A stretch of 64,000 nucleotides of DNA from Felis catus. Taxonomy: Eukaryota. Position numbers and translations under genes: made by a program. This document shows, one piece after another, positions 13,500 to 25,800 of the stretch; position 1 is the stretch's first letter, and each line of letters opens with the position of its first letter. The notes beneath the pieces are model-generated. The model worked only from the letters and a program-made list of their open reading frames with translations. It did not search any database and had not been told where the DNA came from. The stretch is taken from the NCBI RefSeq assembly GCF_018350175.1, contig NC_058368.1, forward strand, positions 61,320,001 to 61,384,000, read 5' to 3'.

Positions 13500-14750
13500 C
13501 CTAGAGAAGCCCTCATATGTATGCACAATGATATTGAAAAGAAGTATTTATTGCAGAATTAGACAACAAATAATTGGAAGCAAATACCATCAAGAGGAAA
13601 ATTAATTATGTATATCTGTAAAATGAAATATATCAGTGAAAGTAAATTATATAGAACTACATGTATCTATGAATACATGGATAAATCACATGGATAAATC
13701 ACATAAAGTTAATAGGTGAAATAAATAAATATCATGTATCTGACAATTTGTTGAAATTCTCAGTCATTACTGTTTCAAATATTCTTTCTCTTTTTCTTCT
13801 GGTATTTTCATTACACATACATTGCTTGTTTTATAGTTGTCCCACAATCCTCGGGTACTCTGTTCTGGTTGTTGTTGTTGTTTTTCTTCTTTTCTTTTTA
13901 GTATTTGTTCCCTTTTTAGTTTTGGAAGTTTTTACTGAGATATCCTCAAGCTCAGAGATTCTTTCCTTAACTGTGTCCAGTCTATTGGTAAGCTCATCAA
14001 AGGCATTCTTCAATTCTGTTTAGTGGTTTTTATCTCTAGCATTTATTTTTGTCTTTTTCTTAGGGTTTCCACCTGTTTGCTTATGTTATCTGTCTGTTCT
14101 TGCATGCTGCCTACTTTATTCACTAGAGCCTTAGCATATTAGTCATAGTTGGTTTGAATTCCCAGTGTCATAATTCCAATGACTCTGCCATGTCTGGTTC
14201 TGATGCTTGCTCTTTGTCTTCAAAATGTGCCTCTTTTTGTGCACCATGTAATTTTTTTTTCTTGATAGCCAAACATGATGTAATAGGTAAAAGAAACTGC
14301 TGTAAATAGACCTTTAGTAATGTGGTGGGGAGATGTGGGAGCAGAAGCATGCTATAGTCCTATGATTAGGTCTCAGGCTTTTAGTGAGCCTGTGCCTCTG
14401 TACTGTGAACTTCACAAATGTTACTCTGGAGTTTTGTTTGATTGGTTGGTTTTGGATTTTGTTTTCTTTTTTCTTTTATTTCTTCCTTTCCTCCCTCCTT
14501 AGGTGGGATGGGATGGCTACAGTGAGTTGGAGTTTTTCCCCCCTCGCCCAGGTTAATTAGGCTCTGATAATACCTGAATAGGTTGGGCCTCCAGTTAATT
14601 AGTTTTTCCCGAGGATAGACCTTAAGAACATAGTGCTCTGGTATATTTGAAAATGGTTCTTTTATCCCTCCTCCCTGCTGAAAGCATGAGGGGATTTTTC
14701 TCAGATATTACTGTATGGGCCTGGTTAAACTCCTAGAGGTAAATCTAACA

Positions 14751-14978
14751 GGGGTGCCTGGGTGGCGCAGTCAGTTAAGTGTCCGACTTCAGCCAGGTCA
14801 CGATCTCACGGTCCGTGAGTTCGAGCCCCGCGTCAGGCTCTGGGCTGATGGCTCGGAGCCTGGAGCCTGTTTCCGATTCTGTGTCTCCCTCTCTCTCTGC
14901 CCCTCCCCCGTTCATGCTCTGTTTCTCTCTGTCCCAAAAATAAAATAAAAAACGTTGAAAAAAAAATTAAAAAAAAAA
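14751..14978 (+). mobile_element. Young felid Can-SINE (trimer unit A)
   Basis: Diagnostic GGCGCAGTC, CAGCCAGGTCACG and GGGCTGATGG variants; CpG-rich. Confidence 0.97.
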
Positions 14979-14989
14979 GAATTAGGGGA

Positions 14990-15198
14990 GGAGCGCCTAG
15001 GTGACTCAGTCGGTTATGTGACCGACTTCAGCTCAGGTCATGATCTCACAGTTTGTGAGTTCGAGCCCCTCATCGGGCTCTGCGCTGACAGCTCGGAGCC
15101 TGGAGCCTGCTTTGGATTCAGTGTCTCTATGTCTCCCTCTCTCTGTGCATGCTCTGTCTCTCTCTGTCTTTCAAAAATGAATAAACATAAAAAAAAAA
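14990..15198 (+). mobile_element. Can-SINE of a different, more diverged subfamily (trimer unit B)
   Basis: Head GGAGCGCCTAGGTGACTCAG; GCTCAGGTCATG and GCTGACAG variants; lacks the CCCCTCCCCC segment. Confidence 0.95.
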
Positions 15199-15422
15199 GG
15201 GGCGCCTGCGTGGCGCAGTCGGTTAAGCGTCCGACTTCAGCCAGGTCACGATCTCACGGTCCGTGAGTTCGAGCCCCGCGTCAGGCTCTGGGCTGATGGC
15301 TCAGAGCCTGGAGCCTGTTTCCGATTCTGTGTCTCCCTCTCTCTCTGCCCCTCCCCCGTTCATGCTCTGTCTCTCTCTTTCCCAAAAATAAATAAACGTT
15401 GAAAAAAAAATTTATAAAAAAA
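15199..15422 (+). mobile_element. Young felid Can-SINE (trimer unit C)
   Basis: Near-identical to unit A and to the copy at 60127. Confidence 0.97.
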
Positions 15423-15508
15423 AAACTCCTAGAGGTAAATCTAACAATATTGTGGGTAACTGTCCCCCCCCCCACTCCCAGCCATGACCGAATCCACCTG
15501 GAGTTCTT

Positions 15509-15536
15509 TTTTTATTATTGTTTATTTATTTATTTT

Positions 15537-15569
<33 letters not shown>

Positions 15570-15719
15570 GTAGAAAGTGAGGGAGAGAGGGAATCTCAAA
15601 TAGGCTCTAGGGTGTCAATGCAGAGACCAACCCGGGGCTCAATCTCACAAATGGTGGGATCATGACCTGAGCCTATATCAGAAGTCAGACACTTAATTAA
15701 CTGAGCCACCCAGGTGCTC
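15509..15719 (-). mobile_element. Can-SINE with 15-bp TSD
   Basis: TSD CCACCTGGAGTTCTT at 15494-15508 and 15720-15734. Confidence 0.95.
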
Positions 15720-16644
15720 CCACCTGGAGTTCTTAACTCAGCTTTGCTCACACTGGGTCTCCAGCAATTTGTCAATTACAGTTCAAGGTTTTCTCCTTGG
15801 TCTTGGTTCCCTAAATGGTCTCTGCTCATGAGTTTCTGTGCCCGTAAGTTGTTATTCTCTATATTCACCTGCCTCTTCCATCTTGGGAGGAGTGATTTGC
15901 CCTGTATCCTCCCCTCTCTTATGTATCCTAGAAGAGTTGTTTTTTCAGTCTGTTCAGCTTATACTTGTTAGGACTTCATGTTCCAAAGGTCTTCCAAAGT
16001 CCTTATATGAGGAACCCAACAACACGTGGGGGCATAATGTTAAGGTATTATATTTACATGACAGTTGAAATATGCAAAATAGTAGATATTGTTTATGGAT
16101 ATAATAATAATATTTTTAATTACATGTTTAAAGACATGCATGAAAACTGCAAATTTAGGAGAGTAACTCTGGTAAGGGTGAAAAATGTAAATAGAGTATA
16201 AAATTAGTTAGGGCCACACAAGTTTCTTCCTTAGATCATGTTTGATCAATCATGTAATCATGGAAAAGTCTCTTCCAGTGGTCAGAGAAAGCCTTCCAAT
16301 GTGTATAGAAAGATCATTTAATTTCTTACTGTTTCTAATTTGATTTTGGTGACATATAATCATTTTAAAAACAAAAATCTGAGTCAATCAGCCTTTTAAC
16401 TCTGAAATTGACAAGGCAATCTGCTAAAACAGAAGGGAGGTGAAGGATACAAAAGGGAAAACCACTTCTCAATTCATTTATTTACTATTTACTACTCATT
16501 CATTTACTTTTTACATACTAATATAAAATAGTATTTACTAGGTTCTATGCACTAGGAAAATGAAATTTTAAATTAAGGCCTTTATTTCCTGAAACAGCCC
16601 TATTAGTCAGTCATATCTTCATTTTGCCAATGAGAACATGGAGA

Positions 16645-16880
16645 AATAATAATCTACCATTTACTGAGTGTTTAATTTGTACTAGTCAGTGATATAATTG
16701 CTTAAACATGTTAATCTTCACAGCAATGATATAGGTAGAAACTAGAATCATTCAAATTTTATATGTGAAACTATGTGGCAGATATATATTAAGAAACTTG
16801 TCCAAGGTCATACAACTTAGAGATTTAGTATTCAATCCTAGACAGTCTGGCTTTAGTACTTGTTCTCTTAAACACAATGT
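16645..16880 (-). mobile_element. MIR
   Basis: AATAATAATCTACCATTTACTGAG..TAATCTTCACAGCAA..AACTTGTCCAAGGTCATACA..ATTCAATCCTAGACAGTCTGG. Confidence 0.8.
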
Positions 16881-17149
16881 TATAGCTGCTTCTAGAAGTG
16901 AGAACCAGGAATCAATCTTAGTATGCCTAGCTGCCAAGCCCCATTTTCTAAATATTGCACTATACTGTCAATAGTCTTTTTCCTATAATGGCAGATTAGG
17001 TTGTTTCTGACCTGTGCTTCCCCTTGAAAATCTGAGCAAAACACTTTTAAATATTTACTTAAATGTTTTGGGAAGGTGCCAAGGCAGTAAGGAATTGCAT
17101 TACAAGGCATTATTAAGGAAAGAAAAGAAGCCAGAAATTCCGGCCCTTA

Positions 17150-17930
17150 AATCTTGGGGTATATGCAGATTTAAAAATATGGTGCCTAAGAGAGCCTACA
17201 CAGAACTTTTAACAGACTCATTGGATGGAGGGAAAAATTGGAAGCCATTACTTTCAAGTGGGACACAAAAGATCTTAAGAATAATCCAAAGGGACAGTGA
17301 TTAACCATAAATGTTCCAACTTTGAATTACCTCAATACCTAATTAGATTGATGTTATCTGCTAGCTGCCTGACAGAAGCAAAAGTAAATCCTTTCTAAAC
17401 TAAGATCAGTACAAGAGAACATAGCATGTGGTGAAAGGTCTAATATAATTGTAATTCAAATCCCAGATAAATTATGGAAAAGATAATAGGGTAGAAGAAA
17501 TAGTTAAAATGTTAATGACTGATAATTTATTAAACTAAAGCCTTCAAAGTAGAGTCTAAAGATCTAAAGACCCCATCCAGGATAAATTCAAATAAAAGTA
17601 TACTTAGTTCCATTAAGTAAAAACTGGTGAAAGACAAAATGAAAATCTTAAAATCAACTGGAGGAGGTATAAAAACCCTATATTACCTTCAAAGAAACCA
17701 AAATAAGACTGGTAGTTAACTTTTAACAGAAACAAAGGAAGACAGAGATCAATGTCTGTGTATAAAATGTTGAAGGTTAGTAATTGCCAACCTAAAAGTC
17801 TATATCTAGTTAAAATATCCTTTGACAAATAAGCCTACTGAAGTCATTTTCAGACAAAAACTGAGATAATTTGTTACAAGCAGGCCTATGTAAAAGTAAA
17901 TAACAAAAGATGTTTAGGCATGAAAAGTAG
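17150..17930 (+). mobile_element. Old L1M/HAL1-type ORF1 relic
   Basis: AATTGCCAACCTAAAAGTCTATATCTAGTTAAAATATCCTTT and TTTTCAGACAAAAACTGAGATAATTTGTT resemble NCQPRILYPAKLSF..FSDKQKLREFV. Confidence 0.65.
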
Positions 17931-18199
17931 CCTTCTGTGCAAATGTTCCTGATTTGAAAAGTGTGGGACCTTAAGATCAGGACTGGAAACATCTTGGTAG
18001 ATGCCCTGGGAAACCTTGTATCCCCAATCTCCAAAGAACACTAAGCCTTTGTGGATTCAGTTTTTGAGTACAAGCTAAAATATAGACTCTTCCTACCCTA
18101 GAGTCCCACTCAGGTGTGGCCCTAAAAGACAGAAGAGAGGTGAGAAAAGAAAAGTTTCCAATGGGCAGAGATTTGGGTAGTATTGTCGTTATCCATGTT

Positions 18200-18335
18200 T
18201 TGTTGGTGTGTTAAAAGAGAAGTATCTCTAAGTAATATATATAAAGAGTCATTGGTTTGGATAGTTGGTGAGGTGGTTGGAAGGGAAATATTGGAAGATC
18301 AGAGAGAAAGTGGTCTGGGGAAGAGGCATGGGGTT
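18200..18335 (+). mobile_element. ERV-L pol relic (RNase H), left part
   Basis: TGGAAGATCAGAGAGAAAG..GTCTGGGGAAGAGGCATG corresponds to WKIGDKEVWGRGM. Confidence 0.65.
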
Positions 18336-19466
18336 GAAACTTTAAGATAATGCTTGAGTAGGAGCTAAGAAGGCAGAGTAGTAGGAGGACCATATACTGC
18401 CTAGTCTCTCAGACACAGCTAGATAAATATCAAATCATTCTGAATGCCCAAGAAATCGATCTGAGGACTAACAGAACAGAAAAGAAGCCACGTTGTGGAA
18501 GGTAGGAGGTGAGGAGACCTGATTTGGGGGGAGAAATGGATCATGGGTGCTGTGGAGGGGAGGGAGTCCTGGGCACAGAGAGAGGTGAAAGCACAGAGAG
18601 AGGAGCACACAGGGAATAGCACAAGGAAAATACTTCCCCAAAGCCATTGCCTGGGAAAACAAGTGGGGGTGATTTTTGTGAGTTTTTACAACCAGTGAGG
18701 CTCAAAGACTGGAATTTTAGAGGTCCAGGGTATGGCCATTGTGGAGCCCTGAGGACACTGCAGTGCTGCTGTGGAGAAGGAAAGCAGATAGCGCTGGACA
18801 CAAACAGCATTATCTGAGGATCCCATAGGACTGAAAAAGATGATTCCCCTTTCTTGGAGGGCACCTGGGAGAGGTGGAATTGCCCTTTTGGGGACAAAAG
18901 AGCCTACAGGTGCCATTTTCCCTTCCCTGCCCTTCAGCATAAATTAACTTTGGTAAGCAGCACAGCACCAACACTGGCAGCCTAAACTGCTTACACCAAG
19001 ACCCAACTCCCTGCATTTCACAGGTGTTGCTTTTCTCAAGCAAGTGTGCCTGAGAACCACAGTAGCAGACTTCTTTCCTAGAAGACCAGTATAAACCCCT
19101 TCCTTTTCCCCTCACACACCACATCTACTGACCATAGAGTTCTACAAAGCTGCAGCTCTAGTGGAAATAGAATCAGGTCTCTTTTAATAAGCAGACCAGA
19201 GCACATGTAGTTAAAACTTGCCACACTCTGGCCAAGGCCCAAACACTCCCCACTGCAGGCAAGGAAAAACTCTGCAGAGAACTGACCTGAGGGAAAGAGC
19301 AGCCAAAACACAGCAGTAGAGTGAATACAGCATACACCAGAAACACTTTCTGGAATGCCAGGCTTTGGGCATTGTATATTCTCTACTTCAAAAAGCCATT
19401 ACTCTCAGGAACAAGAAATATAACAGGGTTTCCTAAGACACAGAAGAAGATGGAGACCTAGACCTA

Positions 19467-20371
19467 ATGCCAAGAAGGAATTCATCCCAAAAGAAAGACC
19501 AAGACAAGGTCGTGGCCAGGGATCTAATTGAAACAGTTATAATTGATATGCCTGATTAAGAATTTAAAACAACAATTATAAGGATACTAGATGGGCTTGA
19601 GGAAAGCATAGAAGACACCAGGGGCTCCCTTACCACAGAGATCAAAGAACTAAAAACTAGGCAGGCCAAAATGAAAAATGTAATAACTGAGATTTGAAAC
19701 CAATAGGATGTAATGACACAGGATGGAGGAAGCAGAGGAATAAATAAGTAATATAGAAGATAAAATTATGAAAGAATAATGAACCTAAAAAGAAGGAAAG
19801 AAAAATATTGGATTGGGAATATATATCTAGGGAACCCAATAACTCCATTAAGTGTAAAAACATTCATATCATAGGAGTCTCCTCTTCCCCAGGAGAGGGA
19901 AAGAGGGCAGAAGGTTTATTTGAGGAAATTATTGCTGAAAACTTCACTAATCTGCGGAAAGAAACAGACATCCAAGTCCAGGAGGCACAGAGAACTTCCA
20001 CCAAAATCAATAAAAGCAGGCCAACACCAAGACATATCATAGAGTTAAATATATAATTTAAAATTTTCAAAATAGAGTTAAAGAAAAAATACTAGAAGCA
20101 GTATGACAAAATAAGTCCCTAACTTATAAGGGAAGACAAATAAAGTTAGCAGCAGATCTCTCCACAGAAACTTGGCAGGCAAGAAGGGAGTGGCATGATA
20201 TATTCAAAATGCTGAATGGGAAAAATATGCAGTCAAGAATACTCTATCCAGCAAGGCTATCATTTAGAATAGGAGAGAGAGAGTTTCCCAGACAAACAAA
20301 AACAGAAGGAGCTTGTGACCACTAAACCAGTCCTGCAAGAAATATTAAAGGGGATTCTTTCAGTGGGATAG
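19467..20371 (+). pseudogene. L1 ORF1p, disrupted
   Basis: Begins MPRRNSSQKKDQDKVVARDL; includes NIHIIGV..EGLFEEIIAENFTNLRKETDIQVQEAQR..PTPRHII (ORF 19808-20056). Confidence 0.9.
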
Positions 20372-20441
20372 AAACCAAAAGTGACAAGACTAGAAAGGAA
20401 CAGAGAAAATCTCCAGAAGCACTGACAAAACAAGTAATAAA

Positions 20442-23400
20442 ATGGCATTAAATTCATATCTTTCAATAATAACTCTGAATGTAAATGGACTAAATGCTCC
20501 AACCAAAGGACATAGGGTGTCAGAATGTATTAAAAACAAAAAAAAACAAAAAACAAGACCCATCTATATGTTTCCTACAAGGGACTCATTTTAGACCTAA
20601 AGACACCTGAAGATTGAAAGGGGATGGAGAAATACTTACCATTAAGTATATGCCAGAAGAAAACTAAGGTAGCAATACTTAAATCAGACAAACTAGATTT
20701 TAAACCAAAGACTATAACAAGAGTTGAAGAAGGGCACTACATCATAATTAAGGGGCCTATCCAACAAGAAGATCTAACAATTGTAAATACTTATGCCCCC
20801 AACTGGAAAACACCCAAATATATAAAACAATAACAAATATAAAGAGGAGCGCCTGGGTGGCTCAGTCAGTTAAGCGTCTGACTTTGGCTCAGGTCATGAT
20901 CTCACGGTTTGTGGGTTCAAGCCTCACATCAGGCTTTGTGCTGACAGCTCACAGCCTGGAGCCTGCTTTGGATTCTGTGTCTCCTGCTCTCTCTGCCCCT
21001 CCTCCACCCCACTTGTGCTGTCTCTGTCTCCCCCCTGCCAAAAAATATAAATAAACATTAAAAAAAGAACAAACATATGGGGACTTATTGCTAATAATGC
21101 AATAATAGGAGACTTTAGCATTACACTTACAACAATGGACAGATTAAGCAGAAAAGCAACAAGGAAGTAATGGCTTTGAATGACACACTGGACCAGATTG
21201 ACTTAACAGGTATATGCAGAACATTTTATCCTAGGGCAGCAGAATACACATTCTTGGCAAGTGCATATGGGACATTCTCCAGAATAGAGCACATACTCCT
21301 TCACAAATCAGCCCCCAACAAGTCCAAAAATATTGAGATTATACCATGCATATTTTCCAATCACAATGCTATGAAACTTGAAGTCATCCACAAGAAAAAA
21401 TTCGGAAAGCCCTCAAGTACATGAAGTCTAAAGCACAACCTCCTAAAGAATGGATTAGTCAACCAGGAAATGAGCAGAGAAAAAAAATACATGGAAACAA
21501 ATGAAAACACAATGGTCCAAAACCTTTGGGATGCAGTAGAAGCAGCAATCAGCAGGAATTATATAGCAGTTCAGGCTAATCTCACAAAGCAAGAAAAATC
21601 TCAAATATGTAACCTAACCTGACACGTAAAGGAGCTAGAAAAGGAACAGCAAATGAAGAAGCCTAAAGCCAGCAGAGCAGAAATAAATGATATAGAAACA
21701 ACAATAACAAAAATGGTGGAACAGATTAATGAAACTACAAGCTGGTTCTTCGAAAGAATAAAATTGATAACTCCCTAGCCAGACATGAAAGATAAAGGAC
21801 CCAAATAAATAAAATCACAAATGAGAGAGGAGAGATCACAACCAACACCATACAAATACAAACAATTGTAAAAGAATATTATGAAAAATTATATGTCAAC
21901 AAACTGGGCAATCTAGAAGAAATGTATAAATTCCTAGCAACATATAAACTACCAAAACTGAAACAGGAAGAAATAGAAAATTTGAACAGACCTATAACCA
22001 GCAAAGGAATTGGATCAGTAATCAAAAATCTCTCAACAAACCAAAGCCCAGGGCCAGATGGCTTCCCAGGAGAATGCTACCAAACATTTAAACAAGAGTT
22101 AATACCTATTTTTCTAAAACTGTTCCAAAAAATAGAAGTGGAGGGAAAACTTCCAAACTTATTGCATGAAGTTGGAATTACCTTGATTCTAAAACCAAAG
22201 ACCCCACTACAAAAGAGAACTACAGGCCAATATCCTGGATAAACATGGATACATTTTTTTTTTTTTTTACATTAAAGGAATCATTCACCACGATCAAGTG
22301 AGATTTATTTCTGGGTTGTAAGTGTGGTTCAATATTTGCAAATCAATCAACATGATATGCCACATTAATAAAAGAAAGGATAAGAACTGTATGACCCTTT
22401 CAATAGATGCAGGAAAAAACATTTGACAAAATACAGCATCCATTCTTGATAAAAACCTTCAAAAAGTAGGGATAGAGGGAACATACCTCAACATCATAAA
22501 GGCCATATACGAAAGACCCACAGCTAATACACACTCAATGGGGAAAACCTGAGAGCTTTTCCTCTATGGTCAGAAATAGGACAGGAGTGAATACTCTTAC
22601 CACTGTTAGGCTGGAAGTCCTAGCCTCAGCAATCAGACAACACAAAAATAAATAAATAAATAAAAGCATCCAATTGGCAAGGAAGAAGTTAAACTTTCAC
22701 TCTTCACAGATGACCTGATACTCTAGTAGAAAACCCAAAAGACACCACCAAAAAAATTGCTAGAACTGATACACAAATTCAGCAAGGTCACAGGATATAA
22801 AATCAATGTACAGAAATCTGTTGTATTTCTCTACACCAGTAATGAGTCAGCAGAAAGAGAAATCAAGGAATTGATCTCATTTATAATTGCACCAAAACCC
22901 ATAAGATACCTAGGAATAAATCTAACCAAAGAAGTAAAAGATTTATATTCTGAAAACCACAGAGCACTTAGGAAAGAAACTGAAGACGACACAAAGAAAT
23001 GGAAAGACATTCCATGCTCATGGATCGGAGAAACAAATATTGTTAAAATGTCTGTATACAACCCAAAGCAATCTACACGTTTAAAGCAACCCCTATCAAA
23101 ATACCTCTAGTGTTTTTCACAGAACTAGAACATACAATCCTAGAATTTGTATGGAACTACAAAAGACACTGAATAGCCAAAGCAATCTTGAAAAAGAAAA
23201 AGCCAGAAACATCACGATTCCATACTTCAAGTTATATTACAAAGCTGTAGTCATCAAGACAGTATGTTACTGGCAAAAAGCAAACACATACATCAATGGA
23301 ACAGAATAGAATACACAGAAATCAACCCACAAGTATATAGTCAAGTAATTTTTCACAAAGCAGGAAAGACTATCCAATGGAAAAAAGACAGTCTCTTCAA

Positions 23401-24421
23401 CAAGTGGTATTGGAAAAACTGGACAGCAACATGCAGAAGAATGAAACTGGACCACTTCCTTACGCTATACACAAAAATTCAAAATGGATGTAATACCTAA
23501 ACGTGCGACAGGAAACCATCAAAATCCTAGAGGAGAACACAGCCAGCAACCTATTTGGCATCAGCGAAAGCATCTTCTTACTAGGCATGTCTCGAAGCAA
23601 GGGAAACAAAAGCAAAAATGAACTTCTGAGACTTTATCAAGATAAAAACTTCTGCACAAGAAAGGAAGTAATCAACAAAACTAACAGGCAACTTATGGAA
23701 CGGGAGAAGATATTTGCAAATGGTATATCTGATAAAGTGTTAGTAACCAAAATCTATAAAGAACTTATCAAACTCAACATCCAAAAAACAAATAATCCAG
23801 TTAAAAAATGGGCAGAAGACATGAGTAGACATCTTTCCAAAGAAGACATACAGATGACTAACAGACACATGAGAAAATGCTCAACATCACTCATTATCAG
23901 GAAAATACAAATGAAAACTACAATGAGATATCACCTCACACCTGTCAGAATGGCTAAAATTAATAACAGAGCAAACAAGAGGTGTTGAGGATGATGTGGA
24001 GAAAGGGAACTCTCTTACACTGTTGGTGGAAATGCAAACTGATGCAGCCACTCTGGAAAACAATATGGAGCTTCTTCAAAAAGTTAAAAGTAGAACTACC
24101 CTGTGATACAGCAACTATACTCCAAAGGATATGAAAATACTGATTTGAAGGATACATGCACCCCGATGTTTATAGCTGCATTATCAACAATAGCCAAATT
24201 ATGGAGAAGATCCCAAATATCCATCAACGGATGAATGGATAAAGAAGATGTGGTATATATATACAATGCAATATTACTCAGCAATCAAAAAGAATGAAAT
24301 TTTTTCATTTGCTAGAATGCAATGGAGCTAGATGAGTGGATGGAGCTAGAGAGTATTAGCTAACTGAAATAAGTCAGAGAGAGACAAATATGATATGACT
24401 TCGCTCATATGTGGAATTTAA
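20442..24421 (+). pseudogene. L1 ORF2p (endonuclease, RT, C-terminal Cys-rich region), disrupted
   Basis: MALNSYLSIITLNVNGLNAP start; SPGPDGF; FTDD at 22703-22714; YLGINLTK; decayed CWRGCGE..HCWW near 23983-24029; SINE insertion and frameshifts. Confidence 0.93.
20846..21068 (+). mobile_element. Can-SINE inserted in the L1 endonuclease domain
   Basis: Head GGAGCGCCTGGGTGGCTCAG; diverged TSD AACAAA(T/C)ATA. Confidence 0.95.
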
Positions 24422-24690
24422 GAAACCAGACAAATGAACTTGTAGGTGTTAAAAAAAAAAAGAGGCAAACTATAAAACAGACTTTTCACTATGGAGAACA
24501 AATTGAGGCTTGCTGGAGTAGAGGTGGGTAGGGAATGAGTTCAATATGTGATGGATATTAAGAAGGACCCTTGTGATGTGTACTGGGTGTTGTATATAAG
24601 TGATGAATCACTAAATTCTATACCTGAAATGAAACTAAAGTGAACTAAAGTAAAGTAATATAGTAAAGTAAACCAAACTAAATTAAACTA

Positions 24691-24772
24691 AAATGCTGAA
24701 TTATATCCTTTAAAGGGGGAATTTTATTGTATGTGAATTTTAATTCAATAAAAATGGATTAGAAAAAAAAGA
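24691..24772 (+). mobile_element. Old L1M extreme 3' end
   Basis: GAATTTTATTGTATGTGAATTTTAATTCAATAAA followed by an A tail. Confidence 0.65.
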
Positions 24773-24774
24773 AA

Positions 24775-25800
24775 GACTATGCATGAGTGTGAGCATCTTT
24801 TCATCCCATATTAACACCCAACAGAGAGAATTCACTGTTGTGAATGACACAACTAGTTGTTGTTAGCAAGCTTCAGAATTGGTACAATGCATGCATGAGC
24901 CTGCCACTCAAATACTGCACCATATCTTAAGGAAATAAACTATCCGACTGATAGCAAGTTGATTCATGGAAGAACAATGATTCCTCTTGATAAGTTTTCA
25001 CTTTGCCTTTCCTTCAGAGCCTCACATAACAACCATAAGTAGGTTAGAGAGTGTTCGATTCACCCGAACAGGATACTTATATTAGAACAAGGGGCATACT
25101 TTTCAGCAAAGGAGGTGATACAACTGGCACATGATACTGGGATTCAGTGATCTTATTACATATAACAATAACAAGGAGACACTGACCTGGTAGTGATAGA
25201 ACAGCATGTGAGTGCCAACTCAGAGATAATGGCCTGCAGGTTATCCTGAGTGTGTGGGGAACCATACTGCCAGGATTCAGGAAGACCATTACATCAATGA
25301 TCACTTGGTGCTTTGTCCAAATAGGCAGAATATGTGGGCCCAAAAGTCAAAATACAGGAGTGTTTCTGCTTACCATTATTTACAGTGATCCACTTTGGAA
25401 ACTTGGGAATCATCCCCCAGAACTCCATGCTCTGTGCATATAGAGGTTCTGATTTCCATAGAGATATTACCTTTCCCAGGGAAAAGAAGCAAGGCACCAG
25501 GAAGCAAGGAAAGGAGTAATCCCCCTATCTAGAGGGGGTAGAGGAGCTATTACACGAGGCAGGCAGGAAAGGAGATTTGGGCACCAAGTGACGCACAATG
25601 GAGATTCGTGGTGCACTCTTGCTCTATTTTGATTGCACATTGCCATGTGCGGTAGTACTGGCTTGAGAAGTTCCTGGTGATTAGAGATTCAGATACCTCA
25701 AATCATTCTACCAGGTGACCCACCAAGACCAGTGGAGGTAATACCTGGGAATGATGGAAAATTTAGCTGGAATGATGGAAGTTTAGCTAGAATAAGAAGA
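24775..25800 (+). mobile_element. ERV-L internal relic (end of RNase H, integrase, dUTPase region), right part
   Basis: TCCCATATTAACACCCAACAGAGA (SHVNAHQR-like); GAACAAGGGGCATACTTTTCAGCAAAGGAGGTG..TGGCACATGAT..GGGATTCAGTGA (DQGTHFTAKEV..WAH..GIHW-like); 25500-25770 is homologous to 29730-30030. Confidence 0.75.

Larger units (their letters stand above)
13748..16018 (-). mobile_element. Old L1M (L1MC/MD-like) 5' UTR plus ORF1 N-terminal relic, carrying four SINEs
   Basis: ORF 13831-14013(-) KNAFDELTNRLDTVKERISELEDIS is the L1 ORF1p coiled-coil motif; 15858-16018 is homologous to 56655-56830. Confidence 0.75.
18356..24690 (+). mobile_element. Full-length, inactivated carnivore LINE-1
   Basis: Starts GGAGCTAAGAAGGCAGAG (decayed CAAGATGGC); about 1.1-kb GC-richer 5' UTR, ORF1, ORF2, 3' UTR and patterned A tail; many stops and frameshifts. 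Confidence 0.95.

Noticed and set aside
14751..15422. CRISPR-like or satellite array
   Set aside because: The units are about 220-bp SINEs with A tails in eukaryotic DNA; there is no repeat-spacer periodicity and no cas genes.
15858..16018. Segmental duplication with 56655-56830
   Set aside because: The similarity is diverged and confined to an interspersed-repeat segment.
18356..24690. Active L1
   Set aside because: Both ORFs have stops and frameshifts, ORF2 has a SINE insertion and deletions, and the 5' UTR has lost its CpGs.
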